Source: a virus (taxonomy: Duplodnaviria > Heunggongvirae > Uroviricota > Caudoviricetes). From it: DNA of 64,000 nucleotides. Each line of letters starts with the position of its first letter. Within the stretch, counting starts at the first letter, position 1. Of this stretch, positions 19,264 through 31,300 are shown piece by piece. Below the pieces are notes generated by a model. That model saw nothing but the letters and a program-made list of their open reading frames with translations. It was not told the DNA's origin and made no database searches. The position numbers and the translations under genes were made by a program. The DNA lies in the IMG/VR virus record IMGVR_UViG_3300025887_000009; one strand, given 5' to 3'.

Positions 19264-20736
19264 TTATACCTTTAATACACATTCAACAAGTTTTTCATTC
19301 TCATCAAGATTAGTTTCTAGAGCAACTCCAACTAACGCATTTGTTGTTAAGGTGCTACTTACACCGTCTTTCATTGCATAAACAGGTTGTCCTTTTTTAA
19401 CAGGTCCCGTTACACGAACCGGTAGACGCCCTTTAAGTCCAATATACTGACCATCTGCTTCGCTATTCATCATATAAGCTGGATCTGTTGATACTACGCC
19501 GATGCAAAATTTGCTAGCCGATGCTGGTTCAACTTCATGATCTTCATGCATACAAACCGATACTGCTGTACCAGGTGCTAGTTCTTCATTTGTTGTATAT
19601 TTTTCTGCTAAGTCAGCATAACGAGCAGACGTTGCAACACCTTCAAATAAGTTTGCAGCAATATTTCCTGTTGCGTCACGCACAACAACTGTATTAGCAG
19701 TTGCACTTTTATCTGCAGAACGATAATTCGAACCTTCTTTTAATGTATCGGCTTTTGTAGCCGTGCCGTCAAATACATCAGCATACACAGTTGCCCATCT
19801 TAGACTATCTGATCCAATATTAAACGTAGAATCTGCTACCGGAATGATGCCTGTTGAATTAATGTATGTTACAGCAGTAAGTGTGCCGGAACCATTATTA
19901 ACCTTAAACGTAATCTTATTACTCGAACCAACTGTATTAGAGATAACAGCTTCGTTGCCGTTTTCGATAAAGATTTTTATGTCTTGCGAATCACCAACTG
20001 TTAATCCTGCATCTGCAAAACTAACAGTAGATGCAAATGATGAATCACCGCTTTTTACGTAATCAGCAGCTTCAAAGCCACCTAAGCGCAATGCGTTCGA
20101 CGCTGTTCCCCAAAGCCTGTGTTCAGTGCTAGTTACACCATTAGTAGCTTCTTTTGTATTTTTAAGGGTTAAACCTTTTTTGATAACGTCAAATCCGTCA
20201 ATCTCACTTGGATCGCCTGATTTAATTGTAAATTGATCTGCTGATATAATATGTATTACTTCGTCGTCAACTACTGATGCAATAACAGAGTGGTTAATGT
20301 CTTGAGTATCTTTTAAAAGACGGCTTTGTATTTGGGTTACACCGTCGCCAGCAGCCTGTGGACCAATTAACACATAAACACTGCCATTATACACATATAG
20401 CTGATCGTTTGCAGTGTCCCACCAAAAATCACCAACTGTCAATCCTGTTGGTTCAACTGTTGCTATTTCGGATCCGCCGGTTGTTCTAAATTTAGAACCG
20501 TCGTAAAATTTCAATTTATTAGAAGAACTATCAAACCAAATCTGACCCGATAACGCTCTTGGCGGAGCATTTGCTCCTGCAAAGTTTTCTAATAAGAAAA
20601 GAAAGTTTTCGTTTTGTATTTCGCCGTAGCCTGCATAGTTTTTGCCAACAAATTTTAAGTCTGTTGTTTGATCTATTGTTCCGTCTTCAACAGTAGCAAT
20701 TAAGGAACTGTTGTATCTATTAATTTGGTATGCCAT
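19264..20736 (-). CDS. tail fibre-like protein with C-terminal ARYADLAEKY (intramolecular chaperone-like) domain
   Basis: Shared N-terminal module (VGKNY.GYGE..NENF..LLENFA...GQIWFD); C-terminal ATSARYADLAEKY...IGVVSTDPAYMMN...GLKGRLPVRV. Confidence 0.7.
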   Translation of the reverse strand: MAYQINRYNSSLIATVEDGTIDQTTDLKFVGKNYAGYGEIQNENFLFLLENFAGANAPPRALSGQIWFDSSSNKLKFYDGSKFRTTGGSEIATVEPTGLTVGDFWWDTANDQLYVYNGSVYVLIGPQAAGDGVTQIQSRLLKDTQDINHSVIASVVDDEVIHIISADQFTIKSGDPSEIDGFDVIKKGLTLKNTKEATNGVTSTEHRLWGTASNALRLGGFEAADYVKSGDSSFASTVSFADAGLTVGDSQDIKIFIENGNEAVISNTVGSSNKITFKVNNGSGTLTAVTYINSTGIIPVADSTFNIGSDSLRWATVYADVFDGTATKADTLKEGSNYRSADKSATANTVVVRDATGNIAANLFEGVATSARYADLAEKYTTNEELAPGTAVSVCMHEDHEVEPASASKFCIGVVSTDPAYMMNSEADGQYIGLKGRLPVRVTGPVKKGQPVYAMKDGVSSTLTTNALVGVALETNLDENEKLVECVLKV

Positions 20737-20759
20737 TTAGTATAACCCCTTGTTAGTGA

Positions 20760-20767
20760 TATTTATC
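20760..20767 (-). promoter_or_regulatory. T4-type late promoter (GATAAATA)
   Basis: Intergenic, 23 nt upstream of the fibre gene start at 20736. Confidence 0.65.
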
Positions 20768-20771
20768 ATCA

Positions 20772-22589
20772 TTATAGTCCTGTTGCTAAATCTGTATCAA
20801 ACACCCACGATCCGGCACCAACTGCGCCGGATTTACTGAATCTTTTTAAACCTCGTGTAACTACTGCATCAACAATACCGCTCGCCAGGTTGAAGTTAAC
20901 ATCTTGAAGGACACTTTCATTTTGTGTGCCGTTTGAATCAACAGCAATAAATGATTTATTAGTAACACTTGCAATGTCAACGTTACTAACCGTTGACCCA
21001 GAATATGAAGTAGTAGCAACAAGAGCATATGTCCCTGCTTCTTTTGTAGTAGCAGGTACCAACGATTCAATTACTATAGCAATTTGGGCATCTGATAAAC
21101 CTGTTATATCAAGTGATAAAACAACATTCTCTGTATTAAACTCCGAATCTACATAACCTTTTGTTGCTACGTCTGTAGAAATTGACGGAGTGGCAACACC
21201 TGTTATCCTTTGGTTATTAACTATAATAGTTGCAGCAGAAGTTATATTCAATCCTGTCGAAGTTGAGGTAATAGTGTTACCATTTAGATTTAAATTGTCT
21301 ACGTCTAAGCTACTTAATGTACCAACTGACGTTAACCCCGGCGCTGTTGCAATTCCTGTTCCTAATGCAGTAGACGTTATCACTGTTGTGCCATTTATTT
21401 TGTAAGTTCTACCGGATGCAATGTCTAAGTTTTCACTTGACTTCCACGACGTTGTTGCATTAACCCATGTTAATGTTTTGTCATTGCCTGTTACTCTTAG
21501 AATTATCCCGCCACCGTCAGCGGCTGCATCAGTAATAAGTGTACTGTCGTTAGTAATACCTAATTCGATATTTTTATCTTCTACCCTTAATGTAGTAACA
21601 TCAATGCTAGTAGTGTCTCCCTCAACAATTAAGTTTCCTGTTATTCTTGCATCGCCGGTAACATCTAGATTATATTCAGGTGTTGCATTAAATATACCAA
21701 CTCGGCCCGACGACGAATCTACAGTAACCGCGTCAACAATAAGGCTTCCAAATGCAGACGAACGTACACGAATTTTATAGTCGTGATCTAGTAATCCCAT
21801 TTCTGTAACTACTGATGTTCCTACAATCTTTTGTATATTATTTTGTGCTGGTCCAAGAATTAATCCTCCTGTATTCTGAATCGTAAGAGTACCGGAAGTT
21901 ACTCCATTTGAATCTGTTGGAAGGAATGAATTTATAGTCTTTATGTCACCGCCTTCGGTTACAAGATTAAGTGCATTAGTTGCTGTGCCGTTGTAAGAGA
22001 AAGACGAATTAACAGGAGTAAATCCAACTTTAATAGGCGAACTAATTCCTACAATTTCTGATCCAGAATCTGGAGTAAATTCAATGTTGCTCCATATACC
22101 AACTAGAATTCCTTGAATAAATTGTTCAATTACAACACGGCTACGTCCAAGAGTATCAAGTATTGTTACCGATTCGAATCCTGTTTTTCCTTGGCCGTTT
22201 GTATAGATTGGTCCAGCCAGTGTCCAATCTGTTCCGTCATAGAAGAATAGCTGGTTATCTTGATTATCAATAAACAATTCACCAGCAGAAGGATTATTCG
22301 GAAAACTTGATTGCACTACCGGGCCGCCGGATGCTTTAAAGGTTGACCCGTCGTACACTTCTAATCTGTTAGAATTAGTATTATACCAAAGTTGTCCTGC
22401 TAGCGGATTGATCGGTGCTGTTGTACTAGCAAAGTTTTCAAGCAACTTAATAAAGTTTTCATTTAAGTACTCGCCAAAACCTTTATAATTACGTCCAACA
22501 AATACTAAATCACTTGAATCTTCGTCAATTTCTCCATCAATAAGATCTATTAATAGAGTTCCGTCTGTTTTATTTAATCTATAACTCAT
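20772..22589 (-). CDS. tail fibre-like protein (paralog)
   Basis: Same N-terminal module (VGRNYKGFGEYLNENFIKLLENFAS...GQLWYN); fibre repeats such as LDVTGDARITGNLIVEG and VATKGYVD. Confidence 0.7.
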   Translation of the reverse strand: MSYRLNKTDGTLLIDLIDGEIDEDSSDLVFVGRNYKGFGEYLNENFIKLLENFASTTAPINPLAGQLWYNTNSNRLEVYDGSTFKASGGPVVQSSFPNNPSAGELFIDNQDNQLFFYDGTDWTLAGPIYTNGQGKTGFESVTILDTLGRSRVVIEQFIQGILVGIWSNIEFTPDSGSEIVGISSPIKVGFTPVNSSFSYNGTATNALNLVTEGGDIKTINSFLPTDSNGVTSGTLTIQNTGGLILGPAQNNIQKIVGTSVVTEMGLLDHDYKIRVRSSAFGSLIVDAVTVDSSSGRVGIFNATPEYNLDVTGDARITGNLIVEGDTTSIDVTTLRVEDKNIELGITNDSTLITDAAADGGGIILRVTGNDKTLTWVNATTSWKSSENLDIASGRTYKINGTTVITSTALGTGIATAPGLTSVGTLSSLDVDNLNLNGNTITSTSTGLNITSAATIIVNNQRITGVATPSISTDVATKGYVDSEFNTENVVLSLDITGLSDAQIAIVIESLVPATTKEAGTYALVATTSYSGSTVSNVDIASVTNKSFIAVDSNGTQNESVLQDVNFNLASGIVDAVVTRGLKRFSKSGAVGAGSWVFDTDLATGL

Positions 22590-24673
22590 CCAAATACTCC
22601 ATGATATATAATGTAATTAACTGTTTGGTACGGGTTCATTACATTTAATGCTGTACCAAGGTCTTCGCCTTCGACTGATCTATAATCGCCGCTGGCTGTT
22701 TCGCCGCCACCTAATATGCCGCCGCTTGTAGAAATCGCAGTTCCTGCACTAGCACCGGTTGGTGCATCATATGTAATCGCACTAGGATCAGTTGTCCCAC
22801 TTGATGAAATATCAGACGTTGCATAAAACTGATCACCATTTGGTGCACGCAAATCATGCTCGTGTTCTGGCAAATTAGCTTTGGTAATATCGTATTCTTC
22901 TTCACCTGATGCAGTACCAATCGAGTCTGCTGCTACACTTGTTACTCTATTTGCTGCGCCCTGGCCTGTTCCCATATCGTCAAGACCGAGAGGGAAACGT
23001 CCTCTCATATCAGGAACAGCAAACGTTGATACGCCGCCATCTGTTAATAGCAACGGATCTTTAAAATTAAATCCAATAATATCAAATAATGCAGCATAGC
23101 TAGATTGGTCATATTCGTCGCCATCGCACAAAAACCATCCTTCTGGAGCAATTAGTCCACCATAAGGAACAATGATTCCCGGCGGATTAGTTGGAATTGC
23201 CGAAAATAAGTTCGCCCTTGAGATTCGGAACAATCCTGTTGTGCCTGATCGTCTGTTAAGTAATATTTCGTCATCTGATTGCGAAATAGTAGCTAATGTT
23301 TTATTCGAAATAAATGTGTTGCTAATAGTAGTATTAAATGTTTTTGTCGCACCGCCTGATTGTCCGTCAAATATAAATTCTGGAGCACTAACATCGCCTG
23401 CGAGCCTAAAGCTAGTTGATGAAGTTAATTTATCAGCAGAGCCAGCACGTCCTGTTACTGTACCGCTTACGTTGCCAACTAAGTTTCCTCTGATAGTAGT
23501 TGCATAAACATTATTCCATTTAGCGGCTTCGGAACCTAAATCCCTGTTAACAGAAGTAATAGCAGTATCCGGTATAGTAGTACCTAATGTAACTAAACCT
23601 TCTATACGTGCGTTCCCACCAACGTTTAAGTTTTTAGCAACTCCGGCACCACCTTTAGTAATTATTGAGCCAGTACCAAACGTGTCACTTTCGGTAACAC
23701 CGTTAACAAACAAATTACTGTCTGTTTGAATATTTCCGATTACATCGAGCGATTCGTCCGGATTAACGTTGTTAATACCAATATTAGTATCCGAGTTAAT
23801 TCGAATTGCTGTCTTAACTGTTCCTAAATCATTTATGCGCAAGTCAAGGCTTGAACCTGTTGTGTTGTGCGCAATAACAGCAGTTTCGCCTTCAACTCCG
23901 ATGCTCAACGGAAGGCTTGACCCTATTATCAAGCCACTGTTAGATTTGATCCTAAATGTACTGTTTGTTGTAGTAGTAACGTCGTTTCTTAAAAAATTCG
24001 CTGATGGCACTGTTGTGTTGTTAACCACAAGTGCATCTGCTTTTTCCGATGTACCATTAAATTTCGGAACACCGTCAACAAGACTTGCATTTGCTAAATT
24101 AATACCTGGTTTAATTGTACTAAACCCAAAGATACTTGTCTTAGGTACAAATTCATCTGTTGATATAATTGCCGTTGTTAATGCATCGATTTGAAGAACT
24201 ATAACAGTATGTATTACGTTATTAATGTCAACAATTTCTGACGGATTAACGCCTGTTGTTAGTCCTTCGGAGAACTGCGGTCCAACCAATACCCAACCAG
24301 AACCTGTAAACAAGTAAAGCTGTTGATTATCTGTGTCTGCCCATAAGTCGCCTGCTAAAGAAGAACTAACCGAAGGCTGTGTTGTTGCTTTTTTAAGACC
24401 GCCTGCTGACACCCATTGAGTACTATCATATACTTTTAATTGCGTAACACCAAGTCCGGTGTCGTACCATAATTGACCCTCTACTGGATTATCAGGAGGA
24501 TTATCAGATGCAAAGTTTTCTAACATGTGAAGTGCGTTCTCTGCAATAACTGTACCAAACGCCGTAGAATTACGACCAACCAAGCCAATGCTTAATTCTT
24601 GGTTGATCGTATTGTCCTCAACCACGATGCTACCTTTGTTAGCAAAGTCTGTAAAATTGATCGTATATGCCAT
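22586..24673 (-). CDS. tail fibre protein with phage tail-collar domain
   Basis: Shared N-terminal module; C-terminal PPGIIVPYGG..APEGWFLCDG...FAVPDMRGRFPLG...NVMNPYQTVNYII is the tail-collar signature. Confidence 0.8.
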   Translation of the reverse strand: MAYTINFTDFANKGSIVVEDNTINQELSIGLVGRNSTAFGTVIAENALHMLENFASDNPPDNPVEGQLWYDTGLGVTQLKVYDSTQWVSAGGLKKATTQPSVSSSLAGDLWADTDNQQLYLFTGSGWVLVGPQFSEGLTTGVNPSEIVDINNVIHTVIVLQIDALTTAIISTDEFVPKTSIFGFSTIKPGINLANASLVDGVPKFNGTSEKADALVVNNTTVPSANFLRNDVTTTTNSTFRIKSNSGLIIGSSLPLSIGVEGETAVIAHNTTGSSLDLRINDLGTVKTAIRINSDTNIGINNVNPDESLDVIGNIQTDSNLFVNGVTESDTFGTGSIITKGGAGVAKNLNVGGNARIEGLVTLGTTIPDTAITSVNRDLGSEAAKWNNVYATTIRGNLVGNVSGTVTGRAGSADKLTSSTSFRLAGDVSAPEFIFDGQSGGATKTFNTTISNTFISNKTLATISQSDDEILLNRRSGTTGLFRISRANLFSAIPTNPPGIIVPYGGLIAPEGWFLCDGDEYDQSSYAALFDIIGFNFKDPLLLTDGGVSTFAVPDMRGRFPLGLDDMGTGQGAANRVTSVAADSIGTASGEEEYDITKANLPEHEHDLRAPNGDQFYATSDISSSGTTDPSAITYDAPTGASAGTAISTSGGILGGGETASGDYRSVEGEDLGTALNVMNPYQTVNYIIYHGVFG

Positions 24674-25281
24674 TATTCATTAAACCCCGTTAAACTTTGT
24701 ATTCTAACAGTATAATCAATTTGGATTAATCTGTTTAGACTTTTCTGTACCGGGTGAAAAATAACATGAGTTATTAAACGCCCATCGCCGGTTGGCGAAT
24801 ATGAACGCAACCCTAGTTCGTCAAAAACATAAAGACTATCAGCATCAGTTGCTGTATCAAATGCATCTTGACCGTTTGGTTCACCGTAGTCTAACAAACA
24901 GCTCACAAGTATATCAGTGTAATTAGTACCACTAACGTGTCTTATTTCTGTCTTATTACGGACCGGATCTGTGTTGTTAACGCTTCTATCATCAACAATT
25001 TTGGTATAAGTTTCGTTATATAAGCTTGCATTAGTTCCTGTTGAGTTTGGAGTTAGGTATGTAATGATGCCGGTTGGATCAACACTTGTGCCGCCGTTGC
25101 CGAAACTCATTTGATATATAAATCCCTGTCCTGCATTAGCTAAACTTTCTGCAAGAGAAATACTCATGTTCTCATAATGGATTGCGTTTCTTTTATCAAT
25201 AAGAACTTCCCCAGTTTCCGGGTTGTGTATCTTAATATAACCCTGGACTAATACGCCCGGAGATTCAAATAATTGTGTCAT
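24673..25281 (-). CDS. virion/baseplate structural protein (fibre-attachment-like)
   Basis: 202 aa; MSFGNGG...FDELGL...LITHVIFHPVQKS..RLIQIDYTVRI; has its own late-type promoter. Confidence 0.55.
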   Translation of the reverse strand: MTQLFESPGVLVQGYIKIHNPETGEVLIDKRNAIHYENMSISLAESLANAGQGFIYQMSFGNGGTSVDPTGIITYLTPNSTGTNASLYNETYTKIVDDRSVNNTDPVRNKTEIRHVSGTNYTDILVSCLLDYGEPNGQDAFDTATDADSLYVFDELGLRSYSPTGDGRLITHVIFHPVQKSLNRLIQIDYTVRIQSLTGFNE

Positions 25282-25304
25282 GTTTTTTTTTCACCTATCA
25301 ACTG

Positions 25305-25312
25305 TATTTATT
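25305..25312 (-). promoter_or_regulatory. T4-type late promoter (AATAAATA)
   Basis: Overlaps the stop of the 4991-aa gene; 23 nt upstream of ATG 25281. Confidence 0.6.
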
Positions 25313-28300
25313 CTGGAAGCGCAACTGTTTTTGCACGAATGAAGCGTCCTATGTCATTATCTGCATATCTTAGTGATACACCTTGTTCTGCCCAAATCTT
25401 ACCTACTTTTCTTACCACTGTAACGCTAACATTGTCAGCAGGAGCCTCTGCAAGTACTAAATCGGTAACTGCTGTTGAGTCATCTGCCATGTAAGATGTA
25501 AGCGTAAATTCTGCTGCCGCCGTTACATCACCTTCTGGTGAGTCTTGTGCAATAGTATTATCAAATATGCTAATTTCACCTTTGCGCAATCTACGTCCTG
25601 CAACAAACACTTCCATGTCATTTACAGAGTCTGTAACAAAATCTAGTCTGTATTCTGTTTTAATTCCGTCGGCTGTGAACGTCTGAGACAGTGCTCTGTC
25701 TGTGTACGGAATAGTTTGCCCCGGACCTTGCTCGTGCATTATTGTTCCTGCTTCGTAAACTTCCTTAACTCCTGTACCTAATGTTCCACGACGTATTTGA
25801 CGCAATGTGTTACCTTCTTTAATAAAGTACTCAATGCGCTCGCCGTCAACAAATAGAACTCCGGGAATATTTGATTCCTTGCTCGGTATTGGTAAACTCG
25901 ATGCATCTGTTAATTCAATACGCAAATCATACCAATTTAGCTCTTCTGCAAGTGTACATGCATTTGAACTATCAAGACGTTTATAATGCGTTCTATTAAG
26001 CATATCTTTAAACTGTCTGTAACCAAACGGAGTAGTACTTACATTTGCTGTAAATTGCATAAAGTCAATTACGTCGTTATCGTTAATAACACGGTTGATG
26101 TTAATGTAGTTATTATCTACAGACAGTGCATAGTCAACAAGTGGCGATAAGAATTCACCATTTAATGTAACCCAAACATATTGTGCATCAATAGCTGTGT
26201 CAAACAATTTAACAATACCGTTTGTTAAATCTTGGTATGTTGCATAATCCGCTGTTCCTTCTGTAACAGGTTCTCTTGTTACTACATTGTACGTTTTTCT
26301 CTTAATATCAAGAATGTTGTGATTAGAGAATTGCCATACTTTAATCTTAGCATCAGATGCAGGAGTTTCATTAAGTGTTAAAGTTGATCCTTCTAATGTG
26401 TATTCACCATCGTCGAGTATGTAGACAACTAATTCATCTCCGGCATTACCTACGCTGTCAAACAGCACAACTGAAGAGTTAAACGTATCCCAACGCCATG
26501 TTACAGTCTGTTCTAACTTGACACCGTTAATATAAGCTTCAACGTTGCTCGTCTGTACGGTGCCTGCTGGCATCTGCCACTGCTCTACTAAGTATTCTCT
26601 TGACTCGACTACTGTAAAGCGCTGTGTGTAGCCTGCTGACAGCATAGTACCGTCTACTTCGACTAACACGTTATAGCGCAACGGTGTATTAGTAAATGGA
26701 GCCTGTGCAAGTGTGAATGCAGTAGTCGAACCATCGCCTGTAAATTCCTCAAGTTTTACAGCCGAGAAACTGTCTGCTGTATCTTGGTATATTACACAAC
26801 GAATGTCTGTGCCTTCTTCTGGTGTTTGTAAAAAGTTGACGTCAACATTTCCTACATTGTTATACACAGTAACTACACTTCCGATCGAAGGGAAGTTATT
26901 AACAAATATTATATTGTAAACATTGTTTCCAAATTCATCCATACTAATATCAGTTTGGTAAAATTCTTCAAGTTGTTCTACTCCATTTACAAATATTTGC
27001 GTATCGGTTGTTGGATTAAAAGTAACAGTAAACGAATTTGAACCATCAGCGATAAATTCAACTTCGTTTCCTTTAACATTTTTAGTTAATGTTACTTCTG
27101 TTTCTATTCCGTCTACTAGTACATTATAAGTCAAATCGTTACTAAATCTCGCAGACGTACTAAACTGAGTAGTTGATCCGTCACCGACAAACGTTCTTAA
27201 GTCAAGTACTTTTGCACCAGCTTCGCCAAGAACTACGATATTAATTTGCGTACCTGCGCTTGGTGCAGTGTCTAATTCAACTGTGTTATTTCCCCAATTA
27301 ATTGAATACGAAGATGAATCTTGGATTGTGTTATTAAATCTAATAAAGACTGCATCTCTTGCATTAGGTCGAATCCCTAATTCATATACAACTGTTGTGC
27401 CATCTGATGTAAAGTTAGCAGTGTAAATATTCGAGCCGCCATCTCCTGTTTTGTCGTACACTTGGATATCAAGAGTATCAAGGATCTGTCCCGGAACTAA
27501 CTCTTCTGGACCGCCTGACGTAGTAGGCGTAACAAATCCGTCACCGTCTACAATAATCTGCTCTGCTGCAATACCTTTAGCTGTTGTGTATGCTAAATCA
27601 CCGCCTGACAATAGTGTATCATAAGAAGAAGGATCTGGTGTAAAAGAACCGTCCGATGTTGATTTTCTGATAATAATCACATCACCGTCGCCTGCAGGAA
27701 TACCTTTGTCCTGTAAATCAATTGTGTCAATTATGCCATCACCTGTTATTGTTTCAGTTAATGCATTTGGATTAACAAACGACGAATCAGAGTCTTCGTC
27801 GATTCTTACACCGTTTCTGTAGATGTTGTATTGAATACCATCTTCGAGCGGTTTTGATAATTCGACACTAATCGTTGATCCGTCTAGTGTAAAGATTTCA
27901 TCCTCAAACGTGGTGTCATAGGTGTCCCATGTTCCGGAATACCAAGGTTCATTGTCCCAGCCGCCTGCGCCGCTAAATCCAAACGATTTAACTTCTACGC
28001 CGCCGTAATCTATGCCGTTCATTAACTGCGACAAGTCTTTGCCATATTGTCCAGTAACTGGGTTGTAGAAGAAGTTAACTCTATCTTGTGCTTGCAACAT
28101 TGAGATATTTTTCTTGTAATTAATTACTACAGTAGAATTAATTGCAGGAGGATCTGCAAACGTTACTCGTCCTTGATGCCTATCGTACCCCTTTGAAGTA
28201 TCTAGTATGTTTTCAAATGCAAATTCACTTCTAAGTGCTTCTTGACCATTTACTAATATTTCAATTGTTGTTGTGCGCAAATCTAATGGATATTCTAAGT

Positions 28301-31300
28301 TAAATATTAATTGAGATCCGGATGCAGTAAACGACTCTGTTTCGTCGATATTAGTAACATAATAATTACCGCTTGTTCTGTCAAATTTAACAGCAATATG
28401 TGTTCCTCTAATAGGTGATCCGCCAAGAATAGCACTTGCTCTAGCAGCAGTGCTTCCTTGGACATCTTGAATCTCAACAACCGGCGCTGATGTATATCCT
28501 GTGCCCGATGCCGTTACTTCGATCTTATTAATTTTTCCAGAACTAACAAACGCTCTTGCTGTAGCACCGGTCCCGCCGCCGCCGACAAGTTTAACTACTG
28601 GACGTTGCGAATAACCGCTGCCACCATCTTTTATTTTAATTTCTGTTACTTCAAATCCAACCGCATCAAGCCATTGTTTAAACGGATTAGATCTTGTTCT
28701 GTCTGTAACACCAATTAATTCTCCGTCACGAATTTTTACATTATGCGGAATGATTTTCTTATCTGCATCACTGTATGACGGAAATAAGTCAAAGTCAGTA
28801 ACAACAGACTGCGAACTATCAAAGCCATCATACGAAGACACGTATTCGCGTATTTTTGTCTTATACGGTTTGACTTCGTTAATATATTCTTCGTAACTTG
28901 GCAGGTTATCGTTTTGGAATGTAATTTTTTGCTTTAGGTCGCCAACGTTGTGCTGTGCCTTAACAAAACTTGTCTTAAACGCCCAATCTACATAACCTTG
29001 TTCCGAGAATACATAACGCAAACTTACAAAGAATAATCTGTTATATTCAATTTCTAAATCGTTAACAAGGATCTTGTCACGCAGTATTTCAAGAATTTTA
29101 CGTGTTTCAATTACAGGCTCGCTGTCATAAAGTGTAATATCAAAGTTAGACACGTCATAACCAACCTGACCTGACGCTGGATCATAAAGTGTGCTCAGGA
29201 ATTTAATTGTCCCGTTTTGACGTCCGATTGTTTCATAGTTAACACTGTAATCAACAGTATCCTGGTTATCAATTTTTCTAAGTAATAACCATCCACCGGA
29301 GCCTACATTACGAATCTTGACAATATCGTTTATGCTGTCGTTTAATGCAGTAAGTTCGTATGCTTCATCTATAGTAAACGTAATTTGTGTAAATTCGTTA
29401 TAGCTAGCAGCATACCAATCAACATACTCCCAGTAAGCAGTTACGTCAAACTCTTGAGAACGTCTACGTTCCCATTGACGAAGTGTTTCGTTAAACGAAT
29501 AGATACTCCACTTGTCTGCAATAGTTGCATCAGAATTAACTAATGCAGAGAATCGACGTACAATAATAGTTGTCGTATTGTCATATCCGGTTCCTTGGTC
29601 TGTTATTATTACATCAGTAACTTGTCCAATTCCGTTAATAACTATTTCAAACTCGGCATCTATACCTTTGCCAATAAGTTCATACGTTGGTGTTCTAGCA
29701 TAGCCGCGACCTGCTGACACAATTTCGACGCGAATAATGCGACCGTCCTCAATAACAGGTGCTAGCACTGCTCTTTCAAGTCTTGCTGTACCAACAGTTG
29801 TTAGCTCGTCAAGCGAATCAACAGTTGCATCGAATGTGTTTGTAGCAGTAGTCGGCGCAGGATCTTGTTGATCTAGTAAACTGATATCATAACTGTCAAC
29901 TATAAGGTTTTCTTTAAGTACTGAGTTAGTGTATTCAATTACTTGCTTTAGTGCTTCATTGCGATTTACAAACCAGCCTTGACGTGGGCTGTTTAGTGTA
30001 CCGTATTTTACTTTCGGGCTTAACTCCGGGTCCGGAACATCTCTGAAGAATCGATCTTTGCCTACTAACGAATCAAACCATTTAGCTTCAATATCGCGCT
30101 TCGGCTTAGAGTCTTTTAATCCATCTGTAAGAAGTTGATATTCGGTATGAATATTCATGTCTTTGTTGTCTAGTTTCCATTTTTGGAAATTGATTACAAC
30201 ATCAGTATTTTCTAAGAATCCTTCGAGGTTGTTTATTGCAAACTTATTACCGGTTAGCAATGACACAAACCTGTATCGTTGTCCAAACGGATTAGCAATC
30301 AATGCAGCAATATCAAACACGTTAATCGAACGGAACTCTACTCTTGGTATAGTTACTTTTCCTAATACCCAGAAATAGTATTTCTCTGAGAATGTTTTAG
30401 TTACCGGATTGTATTTTGTTTTAACAGTGTAAGCAGAATTTCCGTATTTTGATGTTCCGCTTATGCCCGCAGCAAGTCCTTCGTCGGTGCCAGCTACTGC
30501 ATCCCATGCTGACGGAATTACATTACTCTCAACCCATTCATAAACATCAATCGACGCGCCGGTGAATAATTTATTCCATGAGTTAGACTGATAGATTACG
30601 TCGCCTTGGTACGGATTAACAAACAATGCTGTTGATAAGTCCCACCAAACCCGTCCGACATAATTTTCAGCCCAATGATCTGTTCCGTCTAGTGTAACAC
30701 CTGTTAAATCTGTATCTAGATTATAAATTGCTGGATCGTATTTTGTCTTATAAGTAATGTCCTGATCTGCTATTCCTGCTATCTTTCCTTGTATAGGATC
30801 AATATAATCTACCGAAGTTAGGTATTCATTTGAACGCTTATTGTACAAGAACGAGCTTTTAATACTCGAAATATCGACAGGATCAACAGGCGCTCTATGA
30901 ACCATCCAGGAATTTTCTGTTTTCGGACGTCTGTAGTCTAATAACATACCTTCAAATGCATCACTAACTAGCGCTCTAGGAATGCCAATGTAAACGTGGT
31001 TGTCGTTGACTAACACATTCTCACCAAAGAATGTTAAATCAGTTGACATATCATCAAATGCAAACGATGTTGCATGAAGAAGTGTGTCATTTATTTTTTC
31101 ATAAAGTTGCACCAAGCCTGTATCAAATTCAACTTGAGTATAACGTGTAAGTCTTTTATCAAAATATGTTGCATCACTATCAAACGTAGTCGGTTGTTTG
31201 ATATCGCCTGCAAGACTTGTTACAGCAAGTTGTGTGTTATCAAACGATAATTTATAACCAAACTTTTCTGCTTCTTCGTTACTGTTACTATAAAGTGTTT

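Noticed and set aside
25283-25291. A9 run between the RBS and ATG 25281 as a phase-variable spacer
   Set aside because: Homopolymers are common in this AT-rich genome; no evidence of length variation without reads
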